From positions 124,001 to 183,196 of the forward strand of contig NOWV01000154.1 in the NCBI GenBank assembly GCA_003344405.1: a DNA stretch of 59,196 nt. The letters run 5' to 3'. The translations under genes were made by a program, and so were the position numbers. Under the pieces are notes generated by a model. The model searched no databases. It was not told the DNA's origin and saw only the letters and a program-made list of their open reading frames with translations. The DNA comes from Trichoplax sp. H2. Taxonomy: Eukaryota. Below, piece by piece: positions 39,285 through 51,390 of the stretch (positions are counted from its first letter, which is position 1; each line of letters starts with the position of its first letter).

Positions 39285-42200
39285 AATCATCCTTATTATC
39301 AGCAATAAGCAGCATCAGGCGCACAGTCCTTTAAGCCCGATACCAAGATTAATCATCCCATTAAGATTACATAGAGGATTTATCCTGAAACTGTTTCTGC
39401 TATAAATCCTATCCAGTTTGCATGGCAAATTGGTTTAATCGACCTTTTATTGTAGACGCAACAATGTTATAGCTTTTTCTTCAATCTGCTAATTGTACTA
39501 TATACTACTAATAGCTCTATTTCAACATGTACTTGTGTGCTTTTTTATTCAATTTCAATTGTCGCTATTCTGTATACACTGCAGATAAATTAGTAAGATT
39601 ACTATCTTAACTTTTTATTCAGTCCGATGTACTTCAAGTACCAAGTATTTTATTATGACATAAGTAAAAGCTAATCTTGAGTAGATTTATTGATTTTGTT
39701 ATAATACGGTTATAAATATTGATATTGCCATCATATAGTAATACCGTTGTATCAACATGTATATTATACTGTTACATTCCACGGAAACTAATGATGAATA
39801 TATATTACATAACAGAAGGACATGATTATTATATCTCAACTGATTTTTAACTTAGGTATCGTATCATGGCCTAATCACTATTCGGTGGTACTAGACTTTA
39901 GAGGTGATTATTAAAAAATCTATCCAAAGTATTTCATCTTCGCTTTCTTTGCATCATCTCATAGTTACATTCCAAATCAAGAAATTATATAAACCTAGTA
40001 GAATAGTCTATTTGATAAAAATCATTATAAACAAGCGTTATTTAACTTCATCATAAGCTTTCAGGCTATGATTTCTCCTTTATTTTGTGCTGTTAGATTG
40101 AAACAGAACACCATAATTATGATTAGAAGCGACGATAATTAAATTCTATTAATAGCTATTAGCTTTTAATTTAAATTTTCATTTTTCAGCATTGCCAGTA
40201 TTAACGGTGTATTCAAACTGCTATATATTGATTTAATGCCTTTGTTACAATACAAACTTAAGCCTTCACTTTTTAGAGTCTTTTAGGGGGTTTCCTTCAG
40301 ATTGCACTACTGTTATTGTAACTTCATTTAATGTCTTTACTATATGTTATATGACAAAAACTCAATTATCAACTAATGTTAGCGCAGCTAATGTCAAAAA
40401 TAAATCGGATTCGTAATATTACACATAGAGCAACAGACGCTCGTGTTATTTTGGTGAAATACTTTCCTCTATTCTGAATAAATTTAATACTATTTATCTA
40501 ATCATTTCCCTTCGAGAGTGATTATTATCATTAATTATCATTTTGTAAGTGTTTGCTTAACGTAATACTGTATACTTATAGTTAATTTCTTAGACATTGC
40601 CCGCTGACTTATGTACTGTGATAACGCATTCCAACGATATACCGCATTGCTTCGTTGCACCATCGCAATCATAAACGATTACGTAAATGTAGCAAGTAAA
40701 TGGTAATCGATGAACGAACTCTTATGCAACGGGCAGAGAGTTTTAGCTATGAAAAGTTTGTATGCCACCATACTACTCATTGCCGTATGTTCGTAGTATA
40801 GCAAATATCTAGCAGAATTTTTGGTCAATTATTATAAAATGTTTGAATTGTGTTAATCAAGGTCCATTCTTACCCTTCCTGTAAGATGAGCTGCTAAAAC
40901 AACGAGCTATGGAGGTTGCAACACGTAGGATAACCCAATATGTATAAGATTGCTTTCCTATTCTTAAATTAGATAAATACATGCGATAAAACTATCATCC
41001 TAATCTCTAAAAATGAAGTCTTTAGTAAATTATTAGCAATGCTTTGATTATTTCCACTAGTCGCAGACTTATTTAACAATTATATCTTTTAGAATACAGC
41101 ATGTGTACATATGGTAATAATCCTAAATCTCCACAAGTTGATAAATTTGAAATATCTTTGCTTAAATAAGCGCAAACTGAAACCTATCCTTACGCTATTT
41201 TTGAATTCAAAATATTTAATTCAGAAAATTTTGTAATTCGGCAACAAAGTGAAAGATAGCAGTACCGTTTTTAATGTTCGAATGCAATACCGATACGTAA
41301 CTTTAATAGCAATAGACTTTTTTAAATAAAAAGTGTCGGATTGCCATGACGCTTATATTTCAAAGTATTCGCTTTACTGTGGATATACAATACATGTGAG
41401 AATGAGTAGCGATGTATTGTCATACAATTAAGATTTCAAAATTTTCTTAAGATGATGACAAACCACATTAATTACATGTAACGACGGCAATTTCACCGAT
41501 ATTTACACAGAGATTTCAATAGCACCGGTACTTGTAAGCCTTGAAATGTATTGGAGGAATTCCTAACCCGATAACAACATTACAGTATTCCCGTCGAGAG
41601 TTTCTATGAAATTACTAAGTCTATCTTCGATTCTTCTTGAAGTTGTGTAAAACTATTCCTGTTACACCTAAATCTAAAGCTTTAGACTTTAAAGATCTGA
41701 GAATACGTATAAAGGCAGCTCATGTTCAATATGGTATAATATAACTTTGACAGTTACGTATTTCTTACCGATTTAGTACAGAAAGTATAACTATAACGGT
41801 TGTTATATGTGATGGAGGTTCGAAGAGTATGATAATGTGGTTTTAGTTGCCATGCAGAGAATTGCACAAGGAGCTTAAGAAAAGAGGATACTTTATTATA
41901 GATAGTAGTTAGGTACAACGTGATAATTACGGTAGATCAGTGTGGTAGCTAACGTGAGTAAAGTGTGAATACTAACTGTGACTAATAATGCAACTTAAGA
42001 AATCTAAGGTAGAAAACGGCAGTATTTATAGCTATGGCATTAGAACACAAGCAGAGAACATGATTGTAAGATTAGATGCAACATATACCATAACAGGTTA
42101 TAGAATAGTAGATGATTGTAGAAAATAGCGAAGACTGTAACAACTAAATGTAGTAAGCCATATTTGAATGTAGAGTGAACAGACTGTAAATGTGTCTGTA

Positions 42201-43466
42201 TTTAATCGCAATACAAAATGTCTATGTTTAAGAGTAGATTACAGTTACAGTACAATCCAAATACACTACATTATATTACTATGGTAATTGTCAACTCTTT
42301 ATTAAATCACCACAACGTAACATTTGCTATAGTTACCTCAATTTTTTTGATATCGTATACCAAGAACAGTTTCATATAAAATAATTAACATTTTTTATAT
42401 TAGCAAACTTAATCATTTTGGTAGCTATCGCTTCAGTAAGAATCTTAAAATGTAATGCATTAAATGGATGAAAGAATTTCAGAAAACCGTACTTGTTAAC
42501 CGTAATTAACGAGACATGATTTGATTAATTCTAGGATTGAAATTTTATCAATAAATATAGCTAACATTAGATAAGCTTTTTTCAATAATAATATTACAAT
42601 TTAATCGAATAAACGGTACTTCTTCTGTTTTGTTATAACAACCGTCAGTAGCTAATGGCTAATCTTCCGAGCAAAAACGATTTAACCTATAAGATTACAT
42701 TAAATTAAGTTCATACCACAATTCACGTACATGAAAACCCAATTATACAAAATTAGCATAATAAAATTATGGAAACCGTCGGTACTTTATGAAACGCTAA
42801 ATAAATTCTTTGGTAGGCCTATAATTTATAGAGTATGACTCAGCTAAAGACACAGAATGTATGACTGAAAGCGTAAAAAAGTCTTGCCATGCTTTTATAG
42901 TGAAAGCAATGTTGATATTACGCTAAAACGCCCAATCTTTATGACAGCATCCATCAAAATAAATAAATCTATGGCCTATAAATAAAGTCTGCAGTCATGT
43001 ATTGAGAATCATGCTATCAAAGTGTACATCTGTGTGGACCGGTCAAAGGTGTATCTTGCATTTACGTATATGTACGATTACATGCATAGATAGATCCCAA
43101 ACCTGCGATTTAATATGCTTACAGGTAGTAAGTAGCCTATAAATATTTCCATATTCCTTATATAGTTGCTAATCGGTTTGGAATGAAAGGAAAATTTCTA
43201 AGTAATCCTATTGAAATGATTTTAAGCGTATGGTTAAATAATACTACAATTAAAATAGCACGCTATTTAGAGGCGTAACATTGGATGGTTTTATTTAATG
43301 GTCAATATGCTTCAAAATATAATATCCAATTACAAAACGATGATCATATTCATGTTACCTACCATATGCTAAGACGTGGAGAGTCATACTTTACACTTTA
43401 CGCGTCATCCTAAGGCGAGGATTATAAGTCAACGAAACGGGAGCGAAAAGCTTTAGACGATAACAG

Positions 43467-43686
43467 GTAAGAATTTAACGTTTCAATTTTATCTATTCGA
43501 AAATGTTACAGTAAATAAATCCAATTTAGTGTTTAATTCCATAATAAGATGAAAAGTATTTCAATCAATCCTTAAATCATTAATGATCAATAACCATAAA
43601 TGATTTCACTTATTTTATTTAACGATTTAGTTAAGTGAATTATTATATCCTTCTTTTCTGTTTCTCGATACTTGTCTACAATGTAG
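43467..43686 (+). other. Probable 5'-UTR intron of the second EHD gene
   Basis: Donor CAG|GTAAGA at 43467, pyrimidine tract, TGTAG acceptor 22 nt before the ATG. Confidence 0.6.
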
Positions 43687-43708
43687 GTTACTATTAAAAA
43701 AAAGCAGC

Positions 43709-45355
43709 ATGTTCAGTTTCATCAATAGCTCATCAAGGCGTAAAGACGTCGGAAAGAAATATAACAGCGTTGTCGAAGGGCTACAAGGGTTATATAAAGA
43801 AAATATACGCCCGCTTGAAGATTACTACTTCTATTCTGAGTTCTTTTCACCTCCAATTGATCCGTGCGATTTTGAAGCTAAACCAATGGTATTATTAGTC
43901 GGACAATACTCAACTGGTAAAACTACCTTCATCAGATATTTACTTGAAAGAGACTATCCAGGAATGAGAATTGGGCCGGAACCTACTACTGATAGTTTTG
44001 TTGCTGTCATGAGTGGTGATGGTGATCGTATTGTGCCTGGTAACGCTTTAGTGGCTGATCCACGCAAACAATTTCGTGGATTAGGTCGCTACGGAACATC
44101 ATTTCTCAGCCGATTTGTTAGTGCTGAAATGGATAATCCAGTTATCTCCAGCCTAAGTATTATCGATACACCTGGTATATTATCTGGTGAAAAGCAACGC
44201 AATGCTCGTGGCTATGATTTTGCTGCAGTTCTTGGTTGGTTTGCTGAACGTGTAGATCGCATTATCTTGCTTTTCGATGCTCACAAACTAGATATTTCAG
44301 ACGAATTTCATCGTTGTATTAAAGCGCTGGGTAAAAACGATCACAAAATCCGTATCGTGTTAAATAAATCCGATATGGTCGATTATCAGCAACTAATGCG
44401 AGTTTATGGCGCTCTAATGTGGTCTCTAGGTAAAGTCATTAATACACCTGAAGTAGCACGAGTCTATATCGGCAGCTTTTGGGATCAACCACTACAACAT
44501 GAAGCTAATCGCAAATTGTTCGAAGCTGAACAATTAGATCTATTTGAGGACATTCAAAGCCTACCGCGTAATACTGCTTTACGCAAGCTAAATGACTTGA
44601 TTAAACGGGCCCGACTGGCGAAGATACATGCTTTCATTTTATGCGAGTTAAAAAAAAAGATACCTACAGTTTTTGGCCGCCACCTTAAGAAAGAAGCCTT
44701 ATTAAATATGTTGCCTGAAGTCTATAAAATTGTTCAACAGGAGTATAATATTCCGCCAGGTGATTTTCCTGATATTAACGAGTATAAGGAAAAATTACGA
44801 GTTTTTGATTGGTCTAAAATACCAGCTATGAAGGTTAAAGCTATCGAAAACATTAACAACATGCTACGGAATGAAATACCTAAATTAATGGAAATTATGC
44901 CAGGCGATGAAGCACCCGAATTTGAAAGAACTGTGCGCGGTGGTGCTTTCTCTGGCTTAGCATACGGTCCCTTTAGATCTTCATTGGCAGGTGGTAACCA
45001 AGATCGCTCAGCACGTTGGTCTTTAATACATGATAAACTTAAGTACGAACCAATATTTGAATCACTGCAGCCTGTTAACGGTCAAATCAGTTCTGTGGCT
45101 GCTAAGGGTGAAATGTTGAAATCTAAATTGCCTAACAATGTGTTAGGCCGTATCTGGGCCTTGGCGGATATCGATCGTGATGATCAACTTGATGTTGACG
45201 AATTCACGTTAGTCATGCATTTAATACAAGTAAAATTAGATGGGCATGATTTACCCGATAAACTGCCAATACATATGATTCCGCCACAACATCGCAAAGA
45301 TCCCAAACCAAATCAAGAAGCTAGTAACGGCATTGCTAATTCTGATAGCAACTAA
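43709..45355 (+). CDS. EHD: EH domain-containing dynamin-like ATPase (EHD1/3-like), conserved paralogue, intronless CDS
   Basis: 548-aa ORF: MFSF N-terminus, KPMVLLVGQYSTGKTTFIRYLL, DTPGILSGEKQ, DAHKLDISDEF, LMRVYGALMWSLGK, GPF, EH domain KSKLPNNVLGRIWALAD. Confidence 0.97.
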   Translation: MFSFINSSSRRKDVGKKYNSVVEGLQGLYKENIRPLEDYYFYSEFFSPPIDPCDFEAKPMVLLVGQYSTGKTTFIRYLLERDYPGMRIGPEPTTDSFVAVMSGDGDRIVPGNALVADPRKQFRGLGRYGTSFLSRFVSAEMDNPVISSLSIIDTPGILSGEKQRNARGYDFAAVLGWFAERVDRIILLFDAHKLDISDEFHRCIKALGKNDHKIRIVLNKSDMVDYQQLMRVYGALMWSLGKVINTPEVARVYIGSFWDQPLQHEANRKLFEAEQLDLFEDIQSLPRNTALRKLNDLIKRARLAKIHAFILCELKKKIPTVFGRHLKKEALLNMLPEVYKIVQQEYNIPPGDFPDINEYKEKLRVFDWSKIPAMKVKAIENINNMLRNEIPKLMEIMPGDEAPEFERTVRGGAFSGLAYGPFRSSLAGGNQDRSARWSLIHDKLKYEPIFESLQPVNGQISSVAAKGEMLKSKLPNNVLGRIWALADIDRDDQLDVDEFTLVMHLIQVKLDGHDLPDKLPIHMIPPQHRKDPKPNQEASNGIANSDSN

Positions 45356-47395
45356 TTCACTTGAATCACTTTTGAAAGTGCTAAATTATCGATAGGTACG
45401 ATACCCTTAATTCAGTTTTATTCACATACCTTTTGAAAATTTTTCACAATAAAATTCACTTCGGGTATGGTTTACGTCATCTGGTATTACTCTAACATCA
45501 GCCACATGCAATTCATCAGGGTAATACCAGCGTTTAGCCTATAACCTGTTAGTTATGAGATTTTCATGATGCTCCTTTAACTATCACTATTCTTATTCTC
45601 GTTTACGTATTTGATTTCTATATTTCATGATAATTTAATATTATTAAATATTTATACAGTACAAACCGACGCGCATGAAATCAGAGAGGGCTTGTATTAT
45701 CTATTAATAAAATAGTTTAATCTAATAGATATGATGTCAGATTGAGCGCAATTTTTTTGCACTGTTGCTTCTGTTGACGTCTACTTACTCGTATGTTGGA
45801 GTATTTTTGACCTTTAAGAATAAAGTTAACACATGTTTGCAATGTTATATTCAATATGCATTAGGGTAATATTATCACCGATATTTCATTTTCTGTCTTA
45901 CAGTTATCATGATGTATTATTATTAATTTTATTATTACTTCAACTGTTAAGGTGTTATTATTACAATAATTAAAACCCTAATTAGTTTTACTACAGTAAT
46001 ATTGCTGCCGATACGATATAAACTATTAAGTGACGTTACTAAAGTACGATTGTTATAATATGGTCATAAAATCCATTTCGTAATGGTATACAGTATTATA
46101 ACACTATTGCAGATTTCACTATTAAAATGCAACCAATTCTCGGTCACAAGATAGCATGTAGTACTGAATGTTTTTTGCTTATGAAAAAATAACTAAATTG
46201 AGGATAGAAATTGATGCCTTTCATTCTAAACTCGGTTGAAAGAATCAGGTAATTATGATCTTTAAGCAAGAATCTATCTATAATTTCTTCCTTATTATTG
46301 ACCCCAATAGCCAGAGAATGCGTATACTGTGTTCTATCAACTAGTATTATACAATGCCATCAACGTTGTGTAATATCTTCGTCATTGTAGCAGATTCATG
46401 CTAGTATTATATTAAAATCCGGATATGGGGTAACTATTTTTCGTTACTTATGCATGAAATAAAACGTACAATCTAACGTGTGCCATTATAATTATGGAAA
46501 GAAATTATACTCCATGATTTGAACACTCTATCAGAGAGTACACAACCTAAAATCTAAAATAAAGTAGTCCTTAATACCCGTAGAACTGGTAAAACTAATT
46601 GTTTCTAATCATTTAAAGTACGTATCAGAAGCCGGGTTTCGGTAGTTAGGTCCATAAATGTGTAAAAGCTTTATTTCTAGAAACTGTTGATTCTACTAGC
46701 AAATGCTTTATTATCGATAACAAATACAAACATTTACAATAATTATACGTATGGTTTCCTCAATCACTAATTTCCAGCTTCAACATTAGGTATTAGTAAT
46801 GCCGAACAGTCGCTAATCGTTTTCAATATACCCAAGAACTTATATGATGGATACCATATTTGTTCATCAAAAAATGCATTTCTGATACACGGTTTGTTAG
46901 GTATGAATAATAAATATCACCCAAAGAAGGCGAACTACTAGTATAAGAGTATTTGCATGTGCACCTAATAACAATCAGAGAAAACTGCTATCGACAAATT
47001 AGAATGTTGTCCATCAGATGAAAATCGAAAAATAACCTAACAGCTGAGATAATGAGATAAAAACAATTCTATTACAGTATTACAGTTTATCTATTGAAAA
47101 CAATTTCTATTAAAAAATGAAAATAATAATCCATGCAGACCATTCGAAGGATATAAACTACTACTTGATAAATATGATTCTATAAATCATATAAAATTAA
47201 GGATAATCTTAGCAGTTCAACAATAATTATAATAACAAGAACTGCTTCTCAAGTGAACTCGAAATTTATTACAATAAGTTTACACCAAAATTTACAAAAA
47301 ACGATGTAATTCCGAAACCATTTGGGCTATATGTATAACGTCTCGTACTAGTTTACAGTTCAGTTGATAACAGACACAACTGATTCAAATGCTTT

Positions 47396-50300
47396 CTAAT
47401 TAGATAAAATGGCGCTCTCCATATAATCTAGGTCATCTGGTGTAGGAGTAACTGTTTGATCCGTAGTTGAAATATTCTACAAAGTAAAGAGTCAAATTGA
47501 TTACAACGTCATCCCATCGTTAATCTACTTCAACTTTCTAGCAAACGAAGCATCATGTGCTGTGAGGTATTCACTATCGTTGGCATGCTATGACAAATTT
47601 GACATCGCATATATATAATCAAAATAACGAACAATGCAGTAATCTGTACATCAGGTTGATTACAATCACCACTAACTTTACTGTCTTGACTGCCTTCCGT
47701 GATATCTTCTTCAATTTCTTCAGCGATACTATTATCTTCAAGGGACTTACTTGTATTCGAACTAAAATATGAAGATACCTTTTAATACCGTCGATACATG
47801 CGTGTCAGCATCAATCGATACTATAACTACACAATTCAGTACCTGGAAGGAACGAAATCATCTTCATAATCATCTCCGTCATTCGGGACATCTACATGGA
47901 TATGAAATCAGATTAACTTGAAGGTAGTTTTCGAAACTAAGTAATAAATATAAATCGTCACCTACCAAATCCGAGTTGGTTGATTTTTCTGTCTATATCA
48001 GATAAGTCAGACCAATCAGCATTTACCTCTGTTACATAGATATGTGAATATAGGTACATATAATCACGGATTTAATGATATATCTCCGAAGAATTACTAC
48101 TACACTAATACAACTAGTAGATATACAAACCTCCAACTTGATTATTTTTCGTAGGTAGCGCAGGCAGCGTAAACGCAGAGCCAGCATTTCTGCTCTTACC
48201 ATCAATAGCGGGCTCTTCATATTCATGGGTATCACCTTTAATATCATCGTATTGAACACATTACGTATGAACATATTACGAAGGATCAATTGGATATGCT
48301 TAAACTTTACTTCTCTTAGTGCCAGATTCTTCGCTATGTATGAAAAATCAAAGTGTAAATTTAATTACAATGACCTCATATCAATCATGTATATTTGCAA
48401 TGCCAATATCATGCAAAATCGAATTACCTTGAACTTGGGGGATCTTTGGAAATAAATTCAGCTTCTCCTTTGTTACTAATCCCAGGTGCAACTACTTCAT
48501 CATGCATACGACTCGTTTCATTAGGCATTTTAGCGTTATCAAGGGATTTCTGTTTCTTAATTTATAAGTAATTTATTGCAAGATTGGATATCCATTAAAA
48601 AATTTACATCATATTTAGCTGCTTCACTTCTAATGACTTAACATTCGTAAAGATATTACGCAGCACTTGCAGTAAAATCTACCTCTACGCCCATTTCTAA
48701 CATCCCAAAGCGACCCTTGTTTGGCGATAATGGCCCAACGATATCTGCAACGTCTTGCGATATCTTTCAAATATTATGAAGAATTGGGTCAGATGAATCA
48801 TAAAGCAAAGTCAAAGTCCATATAACCAACCTTAGCTTTGCATAGTATAAACAGCCTTTTGTACATACTTAAAAATTCGTTAAATTCTATAGCTGTAAAT
48901 ATTCAAGTCAGAAAAACGGATAAATTTTAATCCAACAAGAAAAATTCAAGAAAGAGAAATATGTCCAAATTACTTTATGGTTAGTATTAAGATTATAATT
49001 ATATTATTAACCAACTACAGCTGCATGCAATAATACATTTAAAGCAACATACAGCTACTAAAATCGTTATCGGTTGCCGTGAATTCGTCAGAAACATATC
49101 TCTCCAACATGTGACTGAAATTCATTTTGTAATGAAAAACATTTTAAAAGTTAAATGAAGTAGATTATGCAGGGTAATCATGAAATACACAAATTAATAT
49201 TTTCTGCTAACCTGTTAAAATGAGGAAAGAGGTCTACAAATAGTGAACGCAATTCGTTTTTATCAATTGATCCACTTCCGTCCTGTCATCATTGGAAAAT
49301 TACTTTATCGTTAGCGTAACAGATAATAAATGCTAAGTATTTTATTATGTATTGAAAAAGAGCAAACAGCTTCTTGATAGTACGTGATGATATCACACAT
49401 CTATAATATAAATGTAACGAAATCATATCTACAATTGGGGCGCAGCCTCTCTGGCGTAAGTATACGACATTTATAAATAATTTAAATTATGGTAAAATCA
49501 TACACATAAAATATTAATTCTTTTATTGCCTTATCGTAGTGTTCGAATCTTCTCCTAGCATCTGCAATTTGATCCATTGAAAGATCCTAAACAGATAAGG
49601 TTATAGCTATAGCCTTAATATTACCGTGTCTAATTCTAACTGGATGTGCATTACTGTATAATATTGTTTTACTGTTTGTAAAACCCTGCAATCAGCACAT
49701 CAATTATATTGTTACAATAACACCCATATATCTACATTCGGATATAAATCATGAAGTCTTCTAATATATAATCATACATACGTCAGTAATAGAACTGGTT
49801 CGTTTAGGTGAAATAGGTGATTCAGGTATTCGTCTGATGACCTTCGTTATCAAGGGCTCAGAGGAAGGCTCACTGTCAATAATATTTAATTCTCGAGCGA
49901 TCATCTCTCGGCTACTAAAGTGTTGTTCGGTCTAATTTCAATGCAGATTGAAAGAAAAAATGAATCGATTCCCATTCAGCTTAAAATCCTATGCTGTTGA
50001 AAATTTATTGATATGCTGTGACTTACTAAATTGGCTTCCGGTTGCAAAACTATCTGAGTATACTCCAATTCAAAAAAATCGAATAATTCACGAACTAATT
50101 GGAAGGTAAGTCTACCTATAAGAGATGAAATGATTTTAGTGTGACTTAGTATAGCGACTGGATAAGGTATGAAATGAGAACATTATAAAGTCGATTAAAA
50201 GCGGTTGAACTCACACTGGACTCAAAAATTTAGGTGTGCAGTAGTATGAAAAGTGTAGAATGAATACAGCAGTAATAGTGTCGGATTTAGTAAATAAATT

Positions 50301-50928
50301 AAATTAAATTAGTATGCAGTGACTTTGTAGCCTATAATTTTACACACCATCAGCAGTTGATAGAAAACTTCGCAATTTGGGGTTAACACTTCGAGACTGA
50401 TTCTAGATGAATAAAGCGTTACTTGGTTAAATACCATGTACTGTAAATTATACAATATACGAAGTTTACATTTAGTTCTAATCTTTAAAACACAATATAC
50501 GTACAGTATAATACTGTATGGTAGCATGTACTCGTACGACCCTTGGAAGCACGTACAGTTATACTATCATACAATCAAAATACAGTAGACATTATCTTTG
50601 ATTTAACAGAGAGGGAAAAATTCCCTTCTTGAAATAAATATTTTATCGCAATGTAGAGGCCTTAAATTATTGTAAACCGGTAATATTTATTTGACTGACT
50701 TCCTTGCTGTCATGTTCCTCCAATGCTAGAAATACATTTGCTCTCATTTGCGCCTATAATAACAGATACAATGTATACGAGTACGCACGAATTCTTAGTA
50801 TTAATCCTTAAAGTATATCTCCATAACCTTAAATTGTTCAAGTTTACCCTTATTTTCCCTAGGACTCCTTTTCGTTCTAAAATTTGTGCGACCAAGTCGC
50901 GCAACTCTGTATCTTCGTCGTTCGCCAT
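47396..50928 (-). CDS. CEP43: Centrosomal protein CEP43/FGFR1 oncogene partner (TOF/LisH N-terminus) with internal EF-hand pair; ~17 exons
   Basis: Exons 50928-50848 (EDTELRDLVAQILERKGVLGKIR), 50753-50700 (AQMRANVFLALEE), 50402-50348, 50115-50027 (LisH: LVRELFDFFELEYTQIVLQPE), 49931-49782, 49586-49530, 49282-49212, 49114-49053, 48892-48831, 48763-48683, 48549-48428, 48333-48311, 48235-48131, 48028-47966, 47891-47843 (DDYEDDF), 47761-47677 (SIAEEIEED), 47476-47396 (DLDYMES..*). Junction phases are consistent. Confidence 0.9.
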
Positions 50929-50996
50929 AATAAGATGCGTTCTCCCAGTTCAGCTCAGTAACGAACTTTTAAAAATGTTGTATTCATTACACTGAG

Positions 50997-51390
50997 TGTA
51001 CAGTACAGTAGTCGTATTTGTACTGTACTGTACGTTTCAGTCCAGGTGCTGTCCTGTACAGTGTACAGTGTACAGTACGGACAGTACGGTACAGTAGTTA
51101 TGATGCATGATGACATTGTACCGTAGATTACAGTACAGTACTGTACAGTACAGTACAGTACCAGAGACTTCTAACAATTACCTGACTGTATTAGTCTTAG
51201 AAGTCCCTGACAGTACAGTACAGTACAACCTTTACAAAGTCACCCCTACAGTACAGTACTGTACTGTACAGTAATGTACAGAAATAATAACCAGGACATT
51301 GTACACTGTGTAATTAACGAAACATCGTTGTTGAGAATGGTAAAAGGCAGCTGAGTACAGTACTGTGTAAAGGAGGACTGCTGTACTATC
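50997..51390. repeat. (TACAG)n/(CTGTA)n array starting ~70 bp upstream of the CEP43 ATG
   Basis: Dense tacagtacagtactgtacag tracts at 50997-51096, 51129-51161 and 51210-51281. Confidence 0.9.

Noticed and set aside
39300-43400. Inter-EHD spacer as a site of a third EHD copy or pseudogene
   Set aside because: No recognisable EHD fragments or ORFs seen by eye; a tBLASTN search would be needed to exclude very decayed remnants.
47525-47587. Possible additional CEP43 exon (HANDSEYLTAHD..)
   Set aside because: It runs into a stop with no compatible donor; the flanking exons already join in frame to the conserved C-terminus.
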